This document shows positions 26,318-32,000 of a DNA stretch of 32,000 bases, in pieces (positions within the stretch are counted from its first letter, which is position 1; the number at the start of each line of letters is the position of its first letter). The stretch comes from Gemmata obscuriglobus. GTDB lineage: Bacteria > Planctomycetota > Planctomycetia > Gemmatales > Gemmataceae. The stretch spans positions 3,240,001 to 3,272,000 of the forward strand of contig NZ_CP042911.1 of assembly GCF_008065095.1 (NCBI RefSeq), written 5' to 3'. Made by a program: the position numbers and the translations under genes. The notes below the pieces were generated by a model. The model did not search any database. It had not been told where the DNA came from and saw nothing but the letters and a program-made list of their open reading frames with translations.

Positions 26318-26821
26318 CTAGCTGTCGGCCCGCGTAACGGTAGGGAAGTTGTGCCGCTCGCCGTACCCGCGGAGCGGGTAGTCCTTGCGGAGCGGGTGCC
26401 CGGTGTACTCGCTCGGCATCAGGATGCGGCGGTGGTCCGGGTGCCCGGGGAAGCGCACGCCGTACATGTCGTACACCTCGCGCTCCATCCAATCGGCCCC
26501 CTTCCAGAGTTCCACCACCGAAGGTAGCTCGGGTTCGGGGTCGTTGGCGAACGCCTTCACCCACACCCGCTCGCCGGTGGCGAGGTTCGTGAGCCCGTAC
26601 ACCACGCAGTAACGGTCGGTCGCGCCGGCGTAGCCGAGGTAATCGACCCCGCCGATATCGGTCAGAAAGTCGAACCCGCACTCCTCTTTCAGGCACTTCA
26701 GGAGCGCGAACAACACTTTCGGCGCCTGCTCCGCGTCGACCAGCACCCGCTGGTTGTCGCGGAACGACGACGTGGTGAACGCCCCGGCGAACTTCGCGTT
26801 AAGAGTGTCGAGGTAGGGCAT
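26318..26821 (-). CDS. nuoC: NADH-quinone oxidoreductase subunit C (30-kDa)
   Basis: GADWMEREVYDMYGVRFPGHPDHRRILMP is the NuoC signature region. Confidence 0.9.
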   Translation of the reverse strand: MPYLDTLNAKFAGAFTTSSFRDNQRVLVDAEQAPKVLFALLKCLKEECGFDFLTDIGGVDYLGYAGATDRYCVVYGLTNLATGERVWVKAFANDPEPELPSVVELWKGADWMEREVYDMYGVRFPGHPDHRRILMPSEYTGHPLRKDYPLRGYGERHNFPTVTRADS

Positions 26822-26833
26822 GTTTTCTTTACT

Positions 26834-26938
26834 GGAGCGCGGGCCTCTGGCCCGCTGGTGGCACCCAAGATCTCGCTCCGACTATCTTGTCAGAGCGATC
26901 CGCGCCGCACGCCAAAGCGGGCCAGAGGCCCGCGCTCC
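26834..26938 (-). repeat. perfect 23-bp inverted repeat with nested internal palindromes, 59-nt loop, filling the nuoB-nuoC spacer
   Basis: ggagcgcgggcctctggcccgct (26834-26856) is the exact reverse complement of agcgggccagaggcccgcgctcc (26916-26938). Each arm also contains its own palindrome, gggcc-tct-ggccc and gggcc-aga-ggccc. The loop holds a further caagat...atcttg stem. Confidence 0.8.
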
Positions 26939-26945
26939 GGCGCAA

Positions 26946-27551
26946 TCAATTTACTGTCGGCAGCGACCGCAACCGCGTGGCCGTGTTGTAGTCACCGGGG
27001 GTGATAATCGCCTCTTCTGCACCCAACTCGCGGGCCAGGGCGGTCGGCCCTTCGTAGGCCGTGCGCGAGGCGAACTCGCGGGCGTCGATCGTTCCCGTTT
27101 TCTGGATCTTCTCTTGGAGGTCGAGCACCGCGCGGATCAGTTGCTCGGGCCGGGGCGGGCACCCGGGCACGTACACGTCCACCGGGATGAACCGGTCGAT
27201 GCCCTGGACGACCGCGTAGGTGTCGAACACCCCGCCGCTCGACGCGCACGCGCCCATCGAGATGCACCACTTCGGTTCCGGCATCTGGAGCCAGATGCGC
27301 TGCATCACCGGCACCATCTTCATCGCCACCCGGCCGGCCACGATCATCACGTCGCACTGCCGCGGGGAGAACCGCATCGCCTCGGAGCCGAACCGGGCGA
27401 TGTCGTACCGGCTGGAGGCGGTCGCCATCAGCTCGATGCCGCAGCACGCGGTCGCGAACGGCATCGGCCACAGGCTGTGCTTCCGCGCCATGTTGGCGAG
27501 GTAGTCGAGCGGCGCGATCATGAAGTCCGGCAGCATGTTCGTCAGCGCCAC
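26946..27551 (-). CDS. nuoB: NADH-quinone oxidoreductase subunit B (20-kDa, N2 cluster)
   Basis: [26 protein letters not shown] and VPGCPPRPE motifs are present. The GTG start at 27551 overlaps the nuoA end by 10 nt. ATG 27536 is an alternative start. Confidence 0.9.
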   Translation of the reverse strand: MALTNMLPDFMIAPLDYLANMARKHSLWPMPFATACCGIELMATASSRYDIARFGSEAMRFSPRQCDVMIVAGRVAMKMVPVMQRIWLQMPEPKWCISMGACASSGGVFDTYAVVQGIDRFIPVDVYVPGCPPRPEQLIRAVLDLQEKIQKTGTIDAREFASRTAYEGPTALARELGAEEAIITPGDYNTATRLRSLPTVN

Positions 27552-27982
27552 TGGAACACCCCCTTCTTCCAGGCGTAGGCGTAAGCGATCACGAACGTCG
27601 CGAGGAACACCATGATTTCGACGAACACGATGGTTCCGAACACGGTGCGCCAGGTCTGGTCCCCGCCCTCGCCGAAGGCGATGACCGCCCAGGGGTAGAG
27701 GAACAGGAGTTCCACGTCGAACACGAGGAACAGGATCGCGATCAGATAGAACTTCACGTCGAACTGCATCCGGGCCGACCCGATCGGGTCCATACCCGAC
27801 TCGTAAGGCATCTGTTTGATTTTGGTCGGCTTGCGCGGCTTGAACGGGAACAGGTGGGTGGCCGCGACAGCGCTCAAGCCGAAAAGGATGCAGACCGCGG
27901 CGTAAATGAGCACAGGGTAGTAAGCGACCAGATCGAACGCCGGTTCGATGCCGCCGGGCGTTTGAACGGGGGTGACCGGCAT
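27542..27982 (-). CDS. nuoA: NADH-quinone oxidoreductase subunit A
   Basis: [40 protein letters not shown] is the ND3/NuoA signature. AAGGGG lies ~9 nt upstream of the ATG. Confidence 0.9.
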   Translation of the reverse strand: MPVTPVQTPGGIEPAFDLVAYYPVLIYAAVCILFGLSAVAATHLFPFKPRKPTKIKQMPYESGMDPIGSARMQFDVKFYLIAILFLVFDVELLFLYPWAVIAFGEGGDQTWRTVFGTIVFVEIMVFLATFVIAYAYAWKKGVFQWR

Positions 27983-28050
27983 CGCGCGTGTCCCCTTTCT
28001 GTCGTGATCGGTCGAGAAGAGCGAGTCTGCTTCGCGGGTATTCTACCGCG

Positions 28051-28072
28051 CCTTGTGAGGGATTTCACAAGG
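28051..28072. promoter_or_regulatory. perfect palindrome CCTTGTGA-N6-TCACAAGG (CRP/FNR-family TGTGA-N6-TCACA type site) upstream of nuoA
   Basis: Read directly from the sequence: 8-bp arms and a 6-nt spacer, 69-90 nt upstream of the nuoA ATG. On the nuo strand it is followed after 5 nt by TAGAAT (28045-28040), a -10-like hexamer. Confidence 0.45.
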
Positions 28073-28074
28073 GT

Positions 28075-28106
28075 CTGCAAAAAACAACCTCGACAGACGG
28101 TCGAGG
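28075..28106 (-). terminator. intrinsic-terminator-shaped hairpin plus T-run on the nuo strand, upstream of the palindrome
   Basis: Minus-strand reading is CCTCGAC-CGTCT-GTCGAGG followed directly by TTGTTTTTTGCAG. That is a 7-bp stem, a 5-nt loop and a T6 run, which is unusual in this GC-rich DNA. Confidence 0.4.
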
Positions 28107-28126
28107 CGTGCGTTTTAGGCCTAGTG

Positions 28127-28154
28127 ATCCTACGGAGGCCGGTTGAGGCGTCAA
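28127..28154 (-). promoter_or_regulatory. candidate sigma70-like promoter reading toward nuoA
   Basis: On the minus strand, TTGACG (28154-28149), a 16-nt spacer, then TAGGAT (28132-28127). This rests on hexamer resemblance only. It would start transcription ~15 nt before the terminator-like hairpin. Confidence 0.25.
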
Positions 28155-28235
28155 GAAAAGTGTGCCAACGCTCGCCCCGTTCGCGTGTTCGATGGACGGA
28201 TTGCCCCTACGCCCCTCGTCTCGGAGGCCGCCCCG

Positions 28236-29237
28236 ATGCGTCCGACTCTGTTCGCTCTCCCGGTCGCGCTCGTCCTGTTCTGCTCGCCCGTGGTGGCGCA
28301 GCCCGCCCCCAAGCCCCTCGACGACAAGAATCTTGTAACGAAGGTGTACACCGTCAAAAACCTGATCGCCGGGCGCGAGAAGGGGGGCGTCGTTGCCGAC
28401 TTCGACGCGCTGGTCAAACTCATTTTCGAAACCATTTCGATCGGTGAGCCGAAACCGGACGGCACTGGTGCACAGTTGGTCGAACGCGACGGCGGCAAGC
28501 TCGAAGTTCGCACCACCGAGAAGGTCCACCACGAGGTGAAAGACCTGCTCGAGGCTTTGGAGTCCCTTCAGGATTTCGCGATTGACGTGAAGACAGAGGT
28601 TTTCGAGCTCGATGCGGCGACTTATCGGCAACTCGTGAACGCGCTCCCGAAAGGTCGGTCGAAGTCGCCGGTGCTGTTCGCGATCGGAAGGGAAGTGATC
28701 GGCGTCCCCGAGTCGAAATCGGAAGATCTGGAACTGCCCGCTGCTGCCCTCAAGCTCCTCAAAAGTGGTCGAATCGTGCAGACCTCCAGCGGACGGTTCG
28801 TGAACGGAGTCGATTCGACCGTTTCAGCCCGCAAGGTGGTCATTCCGTTCAAGAACGATCCGGCCGCGATCAGCGTCGGCACGAAAACCAGCAATCCCCT
28901 GTTCGTGAAGGAAGGTTTTGCCCTCAACGCGCTGCTGGTGGTTTCGGCCGATCGTCGCTCCGTTCGGATGAAGCTGACCGAATCGTCAACGGCCGTCACC
29001 GGGATGCAGAAGCGCGAGCTGTTCGAGTTGGAGGGTAAGAAGGCGATCGCGCAGTCACTCGACACCGAAGACCTCGGCACTACCGGTTCTACTGTGGTTG
29101 TCGATGGTGGGGCTGCGATTTTCAAGTTGGACTACGCACCTAAGGACAAAGTGTGGGTGGTGGTCCTCAAACCGACAATTTTCATCGCGGCGGAAGAGGA
29201 GCTGCTGAAGAAAGAGGGGAAGCCGGTTCGGCCGTGA
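28236..29237 (+). CDS. secreted hypothetical protein with Secretin_N-like and distant secretin-like sequence patterns
   Basis: GGAGG lies 8 nt before ATG 28236. The signal peptide is MRPTLFALPVALVLFCSPVVAQP. The N-domain pattern is VTKVYTVKNL...LVKLIFETI...KLEVRTTEKVHHEVKDLLEAL. The C-terminal patterns are GFALNALLVVSADRRSVRMKLTESS, TGSTVVVDGGAAIF and VWVVVLKPTIFI. Family assignment is tentative. Confidence 0.6.
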   Translation: MRPTLFALPVALVLFCSPVVAQPAPKPLDDKNLVTKVYTVKNLIAGREKGGVVADFDALVKLIFETISIGEPKPDGTGAQLVERDGGKLEVRTTEKVHHEVKDLLEALESLQDFAIDVKTEVFELDAATYRQLVNALPKGRSKSPVLFAIGREVIGVPESKSEDLELPAAALKLLKSGRIVQTSSGRFVNGVDSTVSARKVVIPFKNDPAAISVGTKTSNPLFVKEGFALNALLVVSADRRSVRMKLTESSTAVTGMQKRELFELEGKKAIAQSLDTEDLGTTGSTVVVDGGAAIFKLDYAPKDKVWVVVLKPTIFIAAEEELLKKEGKPVRP

Positions 29238-29534
29238 TAACGATTCATTTTGCGGTGAGCAGCCGGCGCTGACTCGCGTCGAGTACGGAGAGCTTTAAGT
29301 TCGCTGCCGGCGAACGTCTCTTGCTCGCGTGGACTTCGGTCGTTATGGTCAATCAGGGGTTTTAATGGACGGGATGTCGCAAGATCGCCATCAACTCCGA
29401 CCTGAAGTGCGGCACGCAATCCCGGGGTTCTGAGTTCACGACGGATTCCGACGGCGCGTGTGCGTTCGTCGCGTTGGGCGAAGTGGCGTGCTTCGGCCGG
29501 ATCATAGAGCCGGTCGCGACTCAGAGGGCCAGCG

Positions 29535-29867
29535 ATGCGCCGGGCGCTAAGCGTTCTTGTGGTAGCGGTGCTGCTGGCGCCGCTCGGGTGTTCGAACCGC
29601 ACGGAGCCGAGCGGACCGCTGGAGACCGACTACGAGCACTACGAGCAGACACCCGAAGGCAAACCCATTTGTCCGAAGTGCGGGCGCTCCGATCAGGTGC
29701 GAGCTTACCTCTACGGTCTGACCCGGGGGGAACGACCTGAGGGTACGGTCGGCGGCGGCTGTGTGGTTACCGCGCTCAGTCCTGCGTTCCGTTGCGGGCA
29801 CTGCGAAGCCCGCTTCGGTGTGACTCCGATGTCGCGCCGGGATTGTGTCAGTACGGAGCGCGAATGA
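29535..29867 (+). CDS. small putative lipoprotein with a CxxC...CxxC zinc-ribbon pattern
   Basis: MRRALSVLVVAVLLAPLGC is a signal with a lipobox-like Cys. CPKC and CGHC are separated by 45 residues. The 3' end overlaps the convergent phosphorylase gene by 20 nt. Confidence 0.5.
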   Translation: MRRALSVLVVAVLLAPLGCSNRTEPSGPLETDYEHYEQTPEGKPICPKCGRSDQVRAYLYGLTRGERPEGTVGGGCVVTALSPAFRCGHCEARFGVTPMSRRDCVSTERE

Positions 29868-30633
29868 GCGCCCCGAGTAACGCCCCCAGTCGGTCAACGG
29901 CCAGGGCGGCGTTCGTCAACACCTCGGCGTGATCGAGCGCCGTTTCGCCGATCCCGGCAGCCTTGTTTGTGACGCACGAAACCGCCGCCACTTCCAGTCC
30001 CAGCGCGGCCGCCGCTTCGGCTTCCAGTGCCGTGGACATGCCCACGGCGTCGGCCCCGCAAGCGGCGAGCGCGCGGATCTCCGCGGGCGTCTCGTAGCTC
30101 GGGCCGGTCAGCGCTGCGTAGAGCCCCGCGAGCAGTTCGCGTCCGCCGGTTCGCTCATGCGCCCCCATGACCTCAATGAGACGCGCGGCGTACGGGCGCA
30201 CCGGTCCGTCGCCGGCCGCTAGGCCGCGCCACGCGGCGGGACCGAGGAGCTTGAGGTGCCCTTGAATGGCCATCAGCGAGCCGGGCGCCAGAGCCGGGTT
30301 GATGCCGCCGGCCGCGTTCGTGAGGACGAGGCGCCGCGCGCCGAGTTCGGCCGCGGTGCGCACCGTGCCGGTCACGACCTCCCAGGGGTGGCCCTCGTAG
30401 AAATGCACCCGGCCTCGGAAGAGCAGAGCCGGCATGCCGCTCCATTCACCGACCGCCAGCGTGCCGCCGTGGCCGTGAACCGACGGCGGAACCAGCCCCG
30501 GGACCGCGCCGAACGGCACCGCTGCGCGTTCCACGAACGCGGCGGCGGCGCCGCCCAATCCCGACCCAAGTACGACGGCCGCCCGCGGCGCGAGCGCCGC
30601 AGCGGTACGGGCGAACGCGGCGAACGCGACCAT
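29848..30633 (-). CDS. punA: purine nucleoside phosphorylase (trimeric PunA/PNP family)
   Basis: VLGSGLG, VHGHGGTL, RGRVHFYEGHP, LTNAAGGINP and GPSYETPAEIRALAACGADAVGMSTALEA motifs are present. Start placed at ATG 30633 (MVAFAAF...). The 84 upstream ORF-track codons are junk that overlaps the transposase. Confidence 0.85.
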   Translation of the reverse strand: MVAFAAFARTAAALAPRAAVVLGSGLGGAAAAFVERAAVPFGAVPGLVPPSVHGHGGTLAVGEWSGMPALLFRGRVHFYEGHPWEVVTGTVRTAAELGARRLVLTNAAGGINPALAPGSLMAIQGHLKLLGPAAWRGLAAGDGPVRPYAARLIEVMGAHERTGGRELLAGLYAALTGPSYETPAEIRALAACGADAVGMSTALEAEAAAALGLEVAAVSCVTNKAAGIGETALDHAEVLTNAALAVDRLGALLGALIRAPY

Positions 30634-31817
30634 CAAACGCCCGCCGCCTGGAACAGGGGGGGGCACATCTGCTGCACCTGATCGAAGAGGAACGCCAGGA
30701 GCATCAGGTGCGCCAGCACCACCGACAGGTTGTTGTCCCCGTGCCCGAAGTTGTGCTCGAAGTGGTACCCCTGGTTCTTGAGCGTGTTGAACGTCTCGTT
30801 CTCGATCCGCCACCGGGCCCGCCCGGCCCGCGCCAGTTGCCGCACGTTGGCCCCGGTGACGGCCATGTCCGTGACCCACGTCCATTCCCGTGGGGTCCCG
30901 TCCGGATCGAGTTCCACCAGGTGCACGAAGTTCACCCGCACGTCGTCATTCGACTCGTTCAGCGGCAGATCGGCGATCCACAGGTAGCTGCGGCGGAGCC
31001 CGGTCCGCGGGTCCGCGTTCTCGACGACCTCGAACGCGTGCTGGTCCTGGCGGGCGCACACGTGCGCGAACAGGTGGGCGTGGTCCGCAGCCTTGACACC
31101 CAGGAGGAAATGGCACCTGGCCTTCTGAAGGTCCCGGACGTGGGGTGCATTGCTGCTCCGCGCGTCCTCGACCACGAGAACGGCTAGGTCCGGGTGCTCC
31201 TCGCGGAACCGGCCCAACCACCGCCGGGCCGCGTTCCGCTCGCAGTCGTTCTTGGTCCCCCCGTCGGCCCGCTGGATCGGCTCGGGGGCCAGGGCCAGGA
31301 CCGCGGAGAAGTCCGGATGAACGACCGCGGCCCCGAGCATCTGGTGGTAATACGACACGGCCCCGTTGGCGTGCCGGCGGGTCATGCAATGGGGGCAGTG
31401 GACCTTCTGGGAGCAGAAGTACTCGACCCCGTCCAGGGCCACCACGTAGCACCCGTCCACCCGGTACTCGTCCAAGACGTGAGCCGCCTGCAACCGGGCG
31501 AACACGTCCCGGAACACGGGACGCAGGTGGTCCGGGTCCACGTCGTCGAGGATGGACCGCATCTGGGAGTCGCTGGGCCGGCCCGTGAGGCCGAACACGT
31601 GCCGCAGGTTGTGGTCCAGGGTGCGCCGTTGGAACGCGAGTAGGGACGGGTCCTTGAGGGCGAATAGGGCCAGCCCCGCCATCAGCACGTCGGGCAGCGA
31701 GAACGTGGGCTCGCGGCGTGCGTCCGGGATCGTCTCGAACCGCTCCCGGGCGCACGCGATCAGGGCGTCGGAGTGCAGGTCCTCATATGCACGCGGGGAA
31801 CTGACGGGTATGCTCAT
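30633..31817 (-). CDS. DDE transposase (IS4-superfamily / ISNCY-like), possibly C-terminally truncated
   Basis: ...YVVALDGVEYF..., ...LAVLVVEDARSS... and RWRIENETFNTLKNQGYHFEHNFGHG are present, giving D, D and the E/YREK-like region. Start taken at ATG 31817 (MSIPVSSPRAYEDL). The ORF stays open up to 31979. Confidence 0.75.
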   Translation of the reverse strand: MSIPVSSPRAYEDLHSDALIACARERFETIPDARREPTFSLPDVLMAGLALFALKDPSLLAFQRRTLDHNLRHVFGLTGRPSDSQMRSILDDVDPDHLRPVFRDVFARLQAAHVLDEYRVDGCYVVALDGVEYFCSQKVHCPHCMTRRHANGAVSYYHQMLGAAVVHPDFSAVLALAPEPIQRADGGTKNDCERNAARRWLGRFREEHPDLAVLVVEDARSSNAPHVRDLQKARCHFLLGVKAADHAHLFAHVCARQDQHAFEVVENADPRTGLRRSYLWIADLPLNESNDDVRVNFVHLVELDPDGTPREWTWVTDMAVTGANVRQLARAGRARWRIENETFNTLKNQGYHFEHNFGHGDNNLSVVLAHLMLLAFLFDQVQQMCPPLFQAAGV

Positions 31818-32000
31818 GACCACGCCCCAGCGAGATCCCAGGGCGATACGACAACGGCCGCCTCGGACCGAGCGTACCCCGCTGGGGCCAAAAAGGCTCA
31901 CGAATTCGAGCTTTTCAAGCCGAATCTCGCTCGCCGGGAATTGCTGAACCGTTGGCGTTGATGTAGAAGACGGCATCAATGATATCTTTGATCGGAATCG
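30633..32000 (-). mobile_element. insertion-sequence copy or remnant; ends not resolvable in this window
   Basis: A transposase gene is present, but I found no terminal inverted repeats. The downstream boundary abuts the punA start codon, and the upstream boundary may lie beyond the window edge. Confidence 0.4.

Noticed and set aside
20138-26527. Shadow ORFs over nuoG, nuoF, nuoE and nuoD (20138-21196, 20431-21420, 22813-24501, 23172-24233, 24884-26527)
   Set aside because: Same reasoning: they lie off-frame or antisense to genes with canonical Fe-S, FMN and other complex I motifs.
29132-29602. 156-aa minus-strand ORF covering the 297-nt gap between the secretin-like gene and the zinc-ribbon gene
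   Set aside because: Both its ends overlap better-supported plus-strand genes and no family is recognisable. It might hide a gene relic, but I cannot support a call.
31825-31886. 8-bp inverted repeat ccccagcg...cgctgggg upstream of the transposase start, considered as an IS terminal structure
   Set aside because: It is short and has no matching partner at the other end of the element. It lies within the open upstream part of the transposase ORF.

Overview
This is a high-GC bacterial chromosomal segment. The gene content suggests a Planctomycetota (Gemmata-like) genome: a giant WD40 protein, tandem PQQ-like beta-propellers starting DWPxW/GGRGPxR, and a TIGR03067-like lipoprotein. That assignment is inference only.

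The core (10188-27982, minus strand) is a complete 14-subunit NADH:quinone oxidoreductase (complex I) operon, nuoA to nuoN. It departs from the canonical form in three ways:
- Three extra same-strand ORFs are embedded in it: a lipoprotein between nuoD and nuoE, and a small multi-TM protein plus a Pro-rich lipoprotein between nuoF and nuoG.
- NuoJ is about twice its usual size. NuoK, NuoM and NuoH carry extensions, and NuoG is short.
- Most intercistronic spacers carry GC-rich stem-loops placed just after stop codons, including a perfect nested 23-bp inverted repeat between nuoB and nuoC.

Upstream of nuoA there is a perfect TGTGA-N6-TCACA palindrome and a terminator-shaped hairpin with a T-run.

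Left flank:
- a 5'-truncated WD40 protein
- a small hypothetical ORF
- a TerC-family membrane protein with an extra N-terminal domain
- eda-kdgK (KDG/KDPG catabolism)
- a short WGR-domain gene remnant with an in-frame TAG
- two tandem PQQ-like propeller genes

Right flank:
- a lower-GC islet with a secreted protein showing secretin-like patterns and a zinc-ribbon lipoprotein
- a PunA-type purine nucleoside phosphorylase
- a DDE transposase whose stop codon overlaps the phosphorylase start

I saw no rRNA, tRNA or CRISPR array. The strongest candidate for something undescribed is the elaborated complex I operon (extra subunit-like genes, enlarged subunits, structured spacers). All functional readings of it are inference and need searches or experiments.
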